Shown here one piece after another: positions 49,542 through 59,726 of a DNA stretch of 64,000 bases. Under the pieces are notes generated by a model. It saw nothing but the letters and a program-made list of their open reading frames with translations. It ran no database searches and had not been told where the DNA came from. Source of the DNA: Candidatus Magasanikbacteria bacterium RIFCSPHIGHO2_02_FULL_48_18 (lineage in GTDB: Bacteria > Patescibacteriota > Patescibacteriia > Magasanikbacterales > UBA922); contig MFQC01000011.1 in NCBI GenBank assembly GCA_001784285.1, positions 67,640 to 131,639 on the forward strand. The letters are read 5' to 3'. The position numbers and the translations under genes were made by a program. Position 1 is the first letter of the stretch; each line of letters starts with the position of its first letter.

Positions 49542-49644
49542 CTACGGGTCGCTAGCTCAGTTGGTAGAGCAGTTGCCTCTTAAGCAAACGGTCCTGGGTT
49601 CGATCCCCAGGCGACCCACGAGAAGTCTTTGCCTCTCTAGTTAA
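49171..49644 (+). CDS. Four-helix-bundle protein (23S rRNA IVS protein family); appears internally shortened and reads into tRNA-Lys
   Basis: QLIGASTSIGANYCEA...SKRDFIHKIGICKKESRET. Confidence 0.8.
   Translation: MEGKTQPKWDLYERTKNFANKITERLIPQLIGASTSIGANYCEADNAESKRDFIHKIGICKKESRETVFFLEIIATAVPHVAAETTPLRQEAIELNLIFNAIQRKIKTNQNEILDQLDIIRYFNYGSLAQLVEQLPLKQTVLGSIPRRPTRSLCLSS
49546..49618 (+). tRNA. tRNA-Lys(CTT)
   Basis: GGGTCGC/GCGACCC acceptor, anticodon loop CTCTTAA, T-loop TTCGATC. Confidence 0.93.
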
Positions 49645-49682
49645 ATAGATAGAACGACGGTCTCCTGCCCGCCATGACCCAT

Positions 49683-49754
49683 GCCCTCGTAGTTCAACGG
49701 ATAGAACGTCAGTCTTCGGAACTGAAGATAGGGGTTCGATTCCCTTCGGGGGCA
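49683..49754 (+). tRNA. tRNA-Arg(TCG)
   Basis: GCCCTCG/CGGGGGC acceptor, anticodon loop CTTCGGA, T-loop TTCGATT. Confidence 0.93.
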
Positions 49755-49794
49755 CAGGCGATGGCAGACGGGGAAAGGTACACGAATTTGAATT

Positions 49795-51654
49795 TTATCG
49801 AGAAGAAAGAAGCTGTTTCACGGTTTGAATAATGGCGATGTTATCAATTTCTTCATAATGCAAGAGCTCTGCCGGCGTTCCACTCCTCGGCATTTTATTG
49901 ACAGCAAGCGATACGACCGGGCGGCCGTTTAATGCTGTGCGCACCGCTTCGCCGAGTCCGCCTTCTGGATAATGATCTTCAACAGTGATAACTCCTCCGG
50001 TGTCTCTTACTGCTTTTTCAAGCGTAGGCTGGTCAATCGGTTTTATACTATAGAGATCAATCACACGGATGGCAATACCTTCTTTTTTTAGCATATCATA
50101 GGCTTTGAGCGCCTCATGAAGAGTAATGCCAGCCGCAACAACGGTTGCAACATCGTTAGTGCTCTCTCGCAACACCTTTGATCCGGCCACCGGAAAGGTT
50201 TCGCTTTCATCATATAAAACCGGCACCGCCTCGCGCGTAGTCCGCAAATACGTAATACCGGCGTGTTTCGCCGCTTCTTCCACGAGCCATGCCGTTGATA
50301 CCGCGTCCGAAGGATAGAAGACGACGCTGTCTCGAAGGGTACGAAACATGGCGATGTCTTCCAAACCCATTTGAGACGATCCATCATGACCGATGGACAC
50401 CCCGCAGTGCGAGCCAACAAACGTGATATTGCCCAAACTGTATTGTGCCATCCGAATTTGGTCAAACGCGCGAGAAAAAAAAGCGGCAAATGTGGAAACG
50501 AACGGCATTTTTCCGCGACGGGCAAGCCCAAGCGCAGTGCCCACCATGTGCTGTTCGGCAATAAACATTTCAAAAAAACGGTCCGGCCACGCATTTTTGA
50601 ATATCTCCGCATAGGTGGAATTGCTGGTTTCCGCGTCAAGCGCGACAACTATCGGATACTTTGCGCCAAGCGCGGCAAGCGCTTGTCCATAGGCCTTTCT
50701 TGTCGCAACCGTGTCCCCTTTTGCATACGAAAATTTCACTGGTTGCGCGGGCGTATGGGACAATGGTTTGGGCAGATCCTCCGGCGGCAATGGCAACATG
50801 CCAACTAATTGTGTATCAAGAGGCTCCAATTCCGGAAGCGCTCGAGCCAGATCTTCTTTTGACAGCGGCTTGCCGTGCCACCCTTCTTTATCTTCTATAA
50901 ACGAAATGCCTTTTCCTTTCAATGTTTTTGCAAGAATGAGAACGGGTTTTCCCTGTGTCTCTCCCGCCTGTTTCAACGCGGCAACACATTCGGCCATATC
51001 ATTGCCGTCAATCGCTATCACGTGCCAACCAAACGCTTCCGCCCGCTGTTGATATATGCCGACCTCGTGCCCTTCCATGGTTTCACCCCGCTGTCCAAGA
51101 CGGTTCACGTCCACAATGGCAACGATATTGTCGAGATTTCTAAATGATGCCCACGCAAGCGCTTCCCACACCGATCCTTCGGCCATTTCGCTGTCTCCCA
51201 AAAGCACATACGTGCGATACGAAAGATGATCAAGAAATTTTGCGTTGACCGCCATGCCAACGCCAACCGATAATCCTTGTCCCAATGACCCGGTCGCGGC
51301 CTCGGTGTACGGAAATCGAAGCGTGGGGTGCCCTTCAAGCCGACTGTCAAATTGACGCAACGTTTGTAATTCTTCTTCTGAAATTTTTCCTGCCGCGGCA
51401 TAGAGCGCATAAAACAATGGCGACGCATGGCCTTTGGAAAAAATGAGACGATCATTATTCGGAGCATCTGGATTATTGAGATCGGCCCGAAAAAAACCGC
51501 CAAAAAATAACGCCGTCATAATATCGGCGGCAGAAAGCGACGAACTCGGATGACCGGATCCTGCCGCGGTCGTGGAAATGAGAATATAATAACGCACCAG
51601 ACGCGCAAGGGCGTCAAGATCGGAAAAATTTTTTTCTGATTGATTATACGTCAT
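49795..51654 (-). CDS. tkt: Transketolase
   Basis: SGHPSS, FSKGHA, TGSLGQG, GDSEMAEG, IAEQ, DGSSQ. Confidence 0.93.
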   Translation of the reverse strand: MTYNQSEKNFSDLDALARLVRYYILISTTAAGSGHPSSSLSAADIMTALFFGGFFRADLNNPDAPNNDRLIFSKGHASPLFYALYAAAGKISEEELQTLRQFDSRLEGHPTLRFPYTEAATGSLGQGLSVGVGMAVNAKFLDHLSYRTYVLLGDSEMAEGSVWEALAWASFRNLDNIVAIVDVNRLGQRGETMEGHEVGIYQQRAEAFGWHVIAIDGNDMAECVAALKQAGETQGKPVLILAKTLKGKGISFIEDKEGWHGKPLSKEDLARALPELEPLDTQLVGMLPLPPEDLPKPLSHTPAQPVKFSYAKGDTVATRKAYGQALAALGAKYPIVVALDAETSNSTYAEIFKNAWPDRFFEMFIAEQHMVGTALGLARRGKMPFVSTFAAFFSRAFDQIRMAQYSLGNITFVGSHCGVSIGHDGSSQMGLEDIAMFRTLRDSVVFYPSDAVSTAWLVEEAAKHAGITYLRTTREAVPVLYDESETFPVAGSKVLRESTNDVATVVAAGITLHEALKAYDMLKKEGIAIRVIDLYSIKPIDQPTLEKAVRDTGGVITVEDHYPEGGLGEAVRTALNGRPVVSLAVNKMPRSGTPAELLHYEEIDNIAIIQTVKQLLSSR

Positions 51655-51678
51655 ATCAATGGAATATCATCCTGTCTC

Positions 51679-53691
51679 CTACAATGCAATCTCATCACCG
51701 AGAAGAAATATCTCCGAGCCTGTGACCGTGTCTTTCGCGCGAAGCTTCACCGGTGAAGAAAGTTTTGTCTGGGTGGGATTTTTTGTTTGCAATGCAACGA
51801 CAAACTCAAGCGCCAGCACATCCACACTGGTCGGCATCTGCTCGATATTCCATGTCAATGTTTTGGTTGATGGATCAAACGACGCATTTCCGGCCGGAGT
51901 AGATAGCGCGCTCTCGTCCCACGCAAGATCTCCATACCACTCCGCACTGAGCTGAATGTTTTCCAACGGATGAAACGTATTGGTCAAGATCCACCGTACA
52001 GGATGCCTCTCCGAGGTTCCTTTCGCCACCGGCCCGCTGTCTTCCACCCGCAGGGCAAGATCGGACTGAATGGTTATCTGAACGGGCGCTAAAGAAAATA
52101 ATTGTTTTGTTTTATTCATGTCATATTGGACATCAATGGATACTGTCCCCTCGTGCGTCAAAAATTGGGCCAAGTCCGCGTCATCGGCGCTTTTGACAGG
52201 GAGAGAAAAATCAATGGAAACTTCTGAACCTGGCGGAAGTGCTGTCAATGCGCCTATCTCCGCTTCGCCCCAGAGAATACTCCCCCGACGTTCGGTTGGA
52301 GAGCGCTGTTCTCCTTCTATGATTCCGTCCTGCGGATCGTCAAGAAGCGCCCAATGAAGAATGCTCTTGTTGTCTGCCGACGGCATATCAAAGACAGCGC
52401 GGACACGAATATGCTCCACAGGTTCTTGTCCATTATTTTTTACCACAAGCGTTATATGCATTTTTTCTCCAGGCTGTACGGTCACATCGCCGGCAGTGCC
52501 ATTCACGACCATGGTGCCGCTTAAATCGGCTTGCGCCACATGGACGGTCACCGTCTCCTCGTCGAAAACAAACGGATCAAGAGAAGGAAGCGCAGAATTC
52601 CACCCGATAACTTTGAAGGTAAGCGGAACATCCGAAGGTCCGGACGCATCTGGAGCAAAAAAACCCTTTATGGTCATGGTCTTTTCTTTTTCAAGAACGG
52701 AAACAGGCCAGCGAAGATCATCAAACGGATCGCTCGGTTCGCTGGTTTCTTTTTTGGTAAACCGCGGGTTCGGTTCGAGCACGATGGCGAGATTCGTTAT
52801 GGGTCCTTCATACGCGTCGGCAAGACGAACCGATGCGGAGAAAGACGCGTCAACACCGGAGAGGATTTCTTTTGGCGCGTCAACCAAAAGGATGACGGGC
52901 GTCTCCGTAACCGTCATGTTCACGGTTGCCACCTTTTGGAACGAAGAGCTAAAATTGCTTGGCGTATAATTTAAAAAAATACGAAACGACTGTTCGGTTT
53001 CCACGTCCGCATACAAGCGGCCGACAATATCAATATACCCGCTTTCGTTACCCGCAAGTTCGCCCAAATCCCAGCGATCGTGCATGTCGTCTGCCGGAGC
53101 GGGATTGGCTTCTTCAAAAACAAAACCTGCAGGATATCGAATTTCGAGTTCTGCCTTCTCAAGCGAAACCGATTGATTATTTCTATACCGGATCCGATAC
53201 TGCGCGCGTTCGCCGATCATGAGTGTTTCTTCGCCGGAAATGGAGAGAACAACATCTTCCTGAGAAAACGACGCGCGCGGCTGAAACACAAAAAATCCAA
53301 CCCAGGCCACAACGCACAAAAGCGCCACGACAGAAAGAAAAGTGAGTGACACACGGAATAATCCGTTTCGTTTTCTCTGAGAGAATGCGCTCATATCCGG
53401 CATGCTTCCATCGCCATTTTCATAAATTTCTACCAGCTGTTTTCCAATGGTCTCCATCTTTTTCGCGTCCTTTTTGGAAAAATTATAATCGGAGGCGTTC
53501 TTTTGTTTGGCGCGTAATTGCGTATGGTTCTTTTTCTTTGTTTCCTTGCGCACGGCTTTTTCTCGAGATTTTTTTTCGTCTAATTCAGAAGGGCCTATTT
53601 CTTTTTCCACAAAATCATGATCCTCTGCCAAAGAAGCATTTGCTGGAGCGTCGGATGAGGAATGATTTGAAGAAAAAGATGGATTGGCCAT
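51679..53691 (-). CDS. Single-pass membrane protein with Ig-like beta-sandwich domains (DUF11/CARDB-like)
   Basis: Charged N-terminus, one TM helix, YRIRYRNN...YPAGFVF...WDLGEL beta-rich repeats. Confidence 0.65.
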   Translation of the reverse strand: MANPSFSSNHSSSDAPANASLAEDHDFVEKEIGPSELDEKKSREKAVRKETKKKNHTQLRAKQKNASDYNFSKKDAKKMETIGKQLVEIYENGDGSMPDMSAFSQRKRNGLFRVSLTFLSVVALLCVVAWVGFFVFQPRASFSQEDVVLSISGEETLMIGERAQYRIRYRNNQSVSLEKAELEIRYPAGFVFEEANPAPADDMHDRWDLGELAGNESGYIDIVGRLYADVETEQSFRIFLNYTPSNFSSSFQKVATVNMTVTETPVILLVDAPKEILSGVDASFSASVRLADAYEGPITNLAIVLEPNPRFTKKETSEPSDPFDDLRWPVSVLEKEKTMTIKGFFAPDASGPSDVPLTFKVIGWNSALPSLDPFVFDEETVTVHVAQADLSGTMVVNGTAGDVTVQPGEKMHITLVVKNNGQEPVEHIRVRAVFDMPSADNKSILHWALLDDPQDGIIEGEQRSPTERRGSILWGEAEIGALTALPPGSEVSIDFSLPVKSADDADLAQFLTHEGTVSIDVQYDMNKTKQLFSLAPVQITIQSDLALRVEDSGPVAKGTSERHPVRWILTNTFHPLENIQLSAEWYGDLAWDESALSTPAGNASFDPSTKTLTWNIEQMPTSVDVLALEFVVALQTKNPTQTKLSSPVKLRAKDTVTGSEIFLLGDEIAL

Positions 53692-53769
53692 ACAGTATGA
53701 ATACAAGAGTGCGGTACGATTGTACCAAAAAAAAATTTCCCTGTCGAGAAATGCAGAACAAGAATAGTA

Positions 53770-56373
53770 TTAACTATTGCGCTCCATGACTACGCCAATT
53801 GCATCATCAGTATCGAGCACGGAATCCATCGCAACCCCATGCGGCAAAAGTCTCAGCCGATCATCGGTTTTCCAGACCGGTGTCCAATCCTCGGGATAGC
53901 CGATCTGAAAAGAAAAACCGCTTGCTGTACCCGACTGTTTTTGAATAAGCAGACTGTATCGAGAGATGTCCAGGTCTCTTGGTTTGGAAAAAAAAGATTT
54001 CCATTTTTCCGGAAGCGAGCTGTCCGGCGAATCCTGGCTCTCGGCGAGAAAGGCAGAAGAGAGAGAAAAAGGAAGGCGATATGTAAAACGAACCTCGCTC
54101 GTTTCGCCGGGCGGCGTAATGGCCCAATTGCCAAAAACGGTTTTCCCAAATTCACTGGTAATATGGGTGCCGGTTTCCACATGAATAGATTGCTCGCGTT
54201 CTTGGGCAAGAAGATCGGCATCATCCTCATACCACGGCTCCGGAACCAAGAAAACATCCTCCGGGGGATACGTAAATCCTTTTGCATCAAGAAGCTCTGA
54301 GCCTTCCGGGACATACACCCGTACATAATTGACATTATTCACACCATAAAACTGCTCCCCAGACTCCCCATGATGCTCTCGCCGAACAATGACGGTATCG
54401 ATGACCGAGCCATCCGGCGCGACGGCCGCGTGATGTTCGATATGTTGCGACACTTTCGCATCGGTTTTCGACCCCAAGAGATTCGTGTTGACGACCATGA
54501 GATAATCCTGTTCTGTCCGGGTTTGCCATATGTCGCCGGTCCATCCAAATGTGCGAAGCGTGTCTTCTGTCGCAGGGTCGTTCGCATACAACTGAATTTC
54601 CTTGTGTTCGAGCGCCTCATAAAGCTGAAACAAGAGAGCAATAACCTGATCGGGAGGCACCTCGCGCACTTCAGATAAAAACTGATCCAAAAGAGCCGCA
54701 ATAACTGCCTTCGGCTGATTTTTTTCTCGATCATACCCAACCTGCACTTCTTCTTGAAGCGCAGAGAGCGCGGTATTCACGTCGAGCGATAGCGCATAGT
54801 CGCTATTTTCAATCGGCCCAAGGACGGCAAGAAGCCGCTCCAACACCGATGCGTTGATTGCAATCACCCCATCAACGGTTGAGCCTCGTCCATGTTGATA
54901 AAACCATTCCATTTTTTCCGCAGATGCCGGAAAATCAGGAAACCAATTCGCATCTTGGAATTCCCACCGTTTATTGATGACTTGCAAAGGCAAAGGCGGC
55001 TTCACGTACTCCGAGAGTTGGCCCTGCAAATCGTATGTTCCTCCTCCGGGCACTTCCATGCGCAACACTTTTCCTTTTTGAACATCCACAACCGCAAATG
55101 CCCCCAAAAAACCGCCGGTGGGCCGCAATTCATGATGATTCTGGAACATCACCAAATAGCGGTGAAAATCGTCCGAGCCAATCATGGTCGTGACAACATC
55201 CAGCAAATCGGCCATGTCTTTCATGTCATTGACAAAGACGGCAAACAACAGACGGAATTCTTGCAATGACGACTGATACGCTTCCGGCAAAATGCTGGGC
55301 TCAACACTCGATAAGTCAACCAAGGCCGCCTCATATTCCGGAATGGCGCCACGAATAAAATGCTGTAACGTTTCCAATCGATCGGTCAAGGGCGTCGTTC
55401 CCTGGTCCATCGCGTCGGAGACTCCTTTTACGAGATATGCGTTGCCAAGCGCCACGTGTTGGCCGGCGATAAGAAGACGGTGGCGCGACGTGACATGTTT
55501 TCCAACAAAAGGAAGAAGCCCGCCAAGCGACGCGACTGTCCCATATTCTTCATCAATAATGGTTTGCGCATCGCTAAATCCTTTGAGGGCTCTGTCAAGA
55601 TCAACTTTTGCCTGCGCCAAATTGGCTTGCATCGCGGCGACGGTTGATGATTGGAGTGACCCAAACGCTTCTGTCGCGTGCGCCGCCACTCGGCCGCTAT
55701 CATTTTTTATTTTTTGATAATACGCGACCGCGGGAAACGGAAGAATAAGCGCAACAATAATTGAAACGCTGACATACCGAAAAAAATATGTTGACAAAAC
55801 TGCGCGTCTTGTTTCTTGGAACGGTATGGAATTATGAAGCGCAAAAAAATTCTGCAACCATCGCGCTCTCAAAACATGGCCATACGCAACTGAATCACGA
55901 AGCATAGAAAAAATGCTTTTTCTCTTTCTTTGCTGTGTCTCTGCAGTCGCCATTTTTTTCAAAGCGCCTTGTGTGGAGAGAGACAAATTCGACTGATTCG
56001 CCTCACGCACGAGCGCCGCAAAATCAACTTCTTTGCGTTCAACCCGAGGCGTCTGTTTTTCTTTGAAACTCACAACGGATAAAAGCGGATGATCCTTTGG
56101 TATTCCCTTAAGATCCACCACATGTTTGGAAGGGTTGGCTTTTGAAACCCACTGCACAAAAATTGATCGTGATGAAGATTGCCGACGAGACCGCGAAGGA
56201 GCCTTTACTGGTTCCTTTCCCTCTGTTTTTTTGTCCACATTCTTCTGCTTCACAGAAGGAGAAGAAGTCAAAACAAAAGAATCGTTCGGCTGTTGCGTGC
56301 ACCGACGTCGGTTATGACCGGTTTTTCCACAACCGGTGCAGGTTTGCGCCCTTTTGTATCTTTTCTTGGCCAT
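53770..56373 (-). CDS. DUF4012-domain protein with N-terminal CCHC zinc knuckle
   Basis: YLVMFQNHHELRPTGGFLG, DANWFPDFP, VDGVIAIN, YVRVYVPEGS. Confidence 0.8.
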   Translation of the reverse strand: MAKKRYKRAQTCTGCGKTGHNRRRCTQQPNDSFVLTSSPSVKQKNVDKKTEGKEPVKAPSRSRRQSSSRSIFVQWVSKANPSKHVVDLKGIPKDHPLLSVVSFKEKQTPRVERKEVDFAALVREANQSNLSLSTQGALKKMATAETQQRKRKSIFSMLRDSVAYGHVLRARWLQNFFALHNSIPFQETRRAVLSTYFFRYVSVSIIVALILPFPAVAYYQKIKNDSGRVAAHATEAFGSLQSSTVAAMQANLAQAKVDLDRALKGFSDAQTIIDEEYGTVASLGGLLPFVGKHVTSRHRLLIAGQHVALGNAYLVKGVSDAMDQGTTPLTDRLETLQHFIRGAIPEYEAALVDLSSVEPSILPEAYQSSLQEFRLLFAVFVNDMKDMADLLDVVTTMIGSDDFHRYLVMFQNHHELRPTGGFLGAFAVVDVQKGKVLRMEVPGGGTYDLQGQLSEYVKPPLPLQVINKRWEFQDANWFPDFPASAEKMEWFYQHGRGSTVDGVIAINASVLERLLAVLGPIENSDYALSLDVNTALSALQEEVQVGYDREKNQPKAVIAALLDQFLSEVREVPPDQVIALLFQLYEALEHKEIQLYANDPATEDTLRTFGWTGDIWQTRTEQDYLMVVNTNLLGSKTDAKVSQHIEHHAAVAPDGSVIDTVIVRREHHGESGEQFYGVNNVNYVRVYVPEGSELLDAKGFTYPPEDVFLVPEPWYEDDADLLAQEREQSIHVETGTHITSEFGKTVFGNWAITPPGETSEVRFTYRLPFSLSSAFLAESQDSPDSSLPEKWKSFFSKPRDLDISRYSLLIQKQSGTASGFSFQIGYPEDWTPVWKTDDRLRLLPHGVAMDSVLDTDDAIGVVMERNS

Positions 56374-56476
56374 GATGTTTTGAACTATTGCTCTCAGTAT
56401 AGCATAAAAAAAATAAAGAGTGAATAAACTCACTCTCTCTTTTCCATGCTTTCCATTGCCGACGAATTGCCTCTAT

Positions 56477-57631
56477 TTATAGTACCGCACCCAAATGCAA
56501 ATACTGCTGTGCCGTCTGTCGAGCAAGCGTATCCCACGAATATCGCGCGAGCTCATGTTTTGCGTTTTCTCGCAACAGAGAGCGAATATCTTCATTTCGT
56601 AATACCTCATTCATGCGCGCCGCGATGTCTTCAGGGCTTTCCGGATCAACATAGACCGCCGCTTCTCCCAATACCTCCGGAAGAGAGCTTCTCTCAGAAG
56701 CGATAACCGGAACGCCATGAACGAGCGCTTCAAGCGGAGGCAGGCCAAATCCTTCATAGAGGCTCGGAAAAACAAAGAGATTGGCGTGGTGATAGAGCAC
56801 TGCAAGGTCATGGTCGGACACAAGACCCGTAAAAATCGGCTGGCGCGCCAATCCTGATACGAGCGCACTTTGTTTGAGTCTGGTATAAAAATAATTTTCT
56901 TTTCCTGCCAATACCAAATCGTAATGGGTATCATATGTCTCGGTATATATCTTCCACGCCCTCATCAGTGTTTCCAAATTCTTGTGCGGATACGCCGCGC
57001 CGACATACAAGATATACGGCTCATGAATTCCATAGCGATCAAAAAGGATATGCTGATTTTCTTGTTCGTCCGGGCGGCAGATAGTATACGGAGCTTGATA
57101 GGTCACGGTCATTTTTTGTTCTGGCACATGAAGCGTCGCGTGAATATCCTGCTTCGTATATTCACTGGTGACAAAGATATGCGCCGCGCGATGCGCCGCA
57201 CTCTTCATAACCGCGCGATGCGCATGGTCTTTGACCCAATACATAATCGGCCCCCACGTGGTCGCCTCAGGTCTTGGATAGTGGAACATCGTCAAATCAT
57301 GGATAGTCATGACAAACGGCCCGCGACACAAGAGTGGAATATTCCAATGCGGAAAATGCATAAGGTCCACTCGTTCTTTTTTAAGAAGAGGAATAAGCGC
57401 GTATTGTTCTTTCCACCCGTACCATGGAATATCAGCAAACACAATTCGAACATTGGGCGCATTGCGCATCTCTTGTTGCATTCCGCTCTCAACAAGCGCA
57501 TCTGAACGTTGCACAAACAAAACATACGTGTTCGTTGTTTGGAGACGAATAAGATGCAAAATCAATTGTTGCACATAGCGCCCCAGCCCGTACCCGAACC
57601 CAAGCATGCGCGCATCAATGCCAATAATCAT
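56477..57631 (-). CDS. Glycosyltransferase family 4
   Basis: IGIDAR, TIHDL, HKN, FPSLYEGFGLPPLEA. Confidence 0.93.
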   Translation of the reverse strand: MIIGIDARMLGFGYGLGRYVQQLILHLIRLQTTNTYVLFVQRSDALVESGMQQEMRNAPNVRIVFADIPWYGWKEQYALIPLLKKERVDLMHFPHWNIPLLCRGPFVMTIHDLTMFHYPRPEATTWGPIMYWVKDHAHRAVMKSAAHRAAHIFVTSEYTKQDIHATLHVPEQKMTVTYQAPYTICRPDEQENQHILFDRYGIHEPYILYVGAAYPHKNLETLMRAWKIYTETYDTHYDLVLAGKENYFYTRLKQSALVSGLARQPIFTGLVSDHDLAVLYHHANLFVFPSLYEGFGLPPLEALVHGVPVIASERSSLPEVLGEAAVYVDPESPEDIAARMNEVLRNEDIRSLLRENAKHELARYSWDTLARQTAQQYLHLGAVL

Positions 57632-57666
57632 ATACCGATATTGTACCTCAAAAGGAAACGGGTGTG

Positions 57667-59649
57667 TTATAACGTTACTTTGAGCGTATTCCCGACTACA
57701 GGGTAAGAATCTGAAGCCGTATATGGAAGAAGATTTTCATCACCGCCAATCGGTATATAGCTATATCCAACATTGCCATCCGTCCAATTCTTTTCAAAGG
57801 ATGCGTTACCCGATTGAAAACCAGCATCGCCGTCTATGCGCGAAAAAACATCCACAAATCCTGACGTTTTTCCATTCAGGGCATTGCTCGTATCCGCGAC
57901 AACAATAAACGTACGAGAAGAACCCTGGGCAATTATAAAATTTTCGAATAGATCATTCATATCATTGTTGGTGCCAAAATAAACATCAACCACATTCGCA
58001 AATTGACTTTTACTGCACCACGTCGGCACCCCTGACCCGGCGAGAGGACAATCATCGGTTACTGCAAGAAGCGTCCCAAAACCGCCAACCGAATTTGCTT
58101 CCCATAACTGCCAGTGTTGGATTGTTCCTGAGGGAGACATGCCAATTGATTGCAGTGTAACCGTTAAAAATCGAAGCCTCATCTCCCTGTCGCCATTATT
58201 GGTGATTTTGAATGTGAATAATTTTGCCTGACTTGATATTTCAAGATTGGGGTTCTCATTGATTGTCGTAATAACAGGCGCCGCATTATGAAAAAGATAA
58301 TAGGTTGAGGTGGCAAATGATTCACTGAACGTGTCACCTCCTGCGGTGTCGTCAATTTGTATTGGAGATAACTGAGCACCCGTCTGGTCAAATGACACGA
58401 TATCAAAAGCGCTATCACTTCGTACCACAAATACGTTGATACTTGCAGGATCCATGGTGCCGGAACCATTAATATCCGCTTTTAAGACGAGATATCGGAT
58501 GTCTCCTCCCGGAATCTGCCATGCCATGCCACTGAATTGCACGAAACCATTGCCTATCCCCGGAATATAACTGCCTGTGCCAATCGGCGTATTCATGTCG
58601 AGCGCATCATACAGCATGAGCGTGCCAAAGTTTCCTGCGAATTCATCATTGGCGCCATTTTCATCACGAACTTGAAAGGTGATTGTGTTCATGGTAACCG
58701 ACCCGTTTTGCGTTTGGACTTTCCACTTTCCCACTTGTTGGGACGCGCCGGGCAGGAGAATCTTTGACGCGGTTGACGCATCGTTTGTGGCCTGAATGAC
58801 AAGATTGACGCTCCCTATGGTCATGAATTGTCCCAACACATCACCGTCATTTTGTTGCAATTCCTGAGAAATAGAACCGGAGAAGCCAAAGGCGTCAATG
58901 ACCGTGGTAAAACTCATGGGAGAAACGCTGACTGAAATATCTGCCACGACTTTGGCAACGGCTGATTCTCCTGGAGAAAAACAAGACGACCCAATAAATA
59001 TATTCTGAGAAACCGACACATTGGAGTAGGTTGTTCCAAACGGCTCACCGCCGATAGAAACAGACATATTCTGGAGCGCGAGAAGGATGGTTTCATCTGT
59101 TTCGAAGGAGGTATCAAATGATACTCCAAGCGAGGAAAGACAGACAACTTCTTTGTTTGATGCCGGCGCTTTCAAAAGAAATTGTCCGACCGTTTGCGCC
59201 GCGCTCGCGGGAAGAAGCGTTTTTGATCCAAGAGAGGTATCCTTTACCACAATCAATTCTGCTGTGGATTCCGGCCCCGTTGCATTGATCTGAAATACCG
59301 CTTTATTCCCTTGAAATATGCCCACATAGGTAATAAAAAGTGACGAACCATTCGTGAGAGATGTTGTTGACTCTTTGGTATTGAACGGAAGTTTCAGCCA
59401 CGGGTCGGAAGCGCCACCCAGCATCACAAAAGCGCCCGCACTGGTAAAACTCCGGAGGGTGATGTTGATATTTGTTGATTCATGAAAGAGCGTATTCTTT
59501 TGACAAAGAGCAATACTCCCGCTCTCTGCAATGGCGTTGACACACGCGGGGTCTTTTACCTGAAACGCCCTGCTTGGCCATGGCAGAGCGAGTACCCCAC
59601 CAAAGATAAAAAGGCTAACTACAGCGAAAAACTTTGTTTTTTTCATCAT
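57667..59649 (-). CDS. Secreted S-layer-like beta-rich protein
   Basis: Signal peptide MKKTKFFAVV...SRA; S/T/G/N-rich repeated beta domains. Confidence 0.6.
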   Translation of the reverse strand: MMKKTKFFAVVSLFIFGGVLALPWPSRAFQVKDPACVNAIAESGSIALCQKNTLFHESTNINITLRSFTSAGAFVMLGGASDPWLKLPFNTKESTTSLTNGSSLFITYVGIFQGNKAVFQINATGPESTAELIVVKDTSLGSKTLLPASAAQTVGQFLLKAPASNKEVVCLSSLGVSFDTSFETDETILLALQNMSVSIGGEPFGTTYSNVSVSQNIFIGSSCFSPGESAVAKVVADISVSVSPMSFTTVIDAFGFSGSISQELQQNDGDVLGQFMTIGSVNLVIQATNDASTASKILLPGASQQVGKWKVQTQNGSVTMNTITFQVRDENGANDEFAGNFGTLMLYDALDMNTPIGTGSYIPGIGNGFVQFSGMAWQIPGGDIRYLVLKADINGSGTMDPASINVFVVRSDSAFDIVSFDQTGAQLSPIQIDDTAGGDTFSESFATSTYYLFHNAAPVITTINENPNLEISSQAKLFTFKITNNGDREMRLRFLTVTLQSIGMSPSGTIQHWQLWEANSVGGFGTLLAVTDDCPLAGSGVPTWCSKSQFANVVDVYFGTNNDMNDLFENFIIAQGSSRTFIVVADTSNALNGKTSGFVDVFSRIDGDAGFQSGNASFEKNWTDGNVGYSYIPIGGDENLLPYTASDSYPVVGNTLKVTL

Positions 59650-59726
59650 AGAAAAAAATAAAAATAAGCGTTGTCCTGACAGGCTTTTTCTAGTATATAT
59701 AAGAGACAAAAAAAAGCAAAAGAATC

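Noticed and set aside
49171..49644. Diversity-generating retroelement (Avd-like protein)
   Set aside because: No reverse transcriptase and no TR/VR pair with adenine-specific mismatches seen in the window
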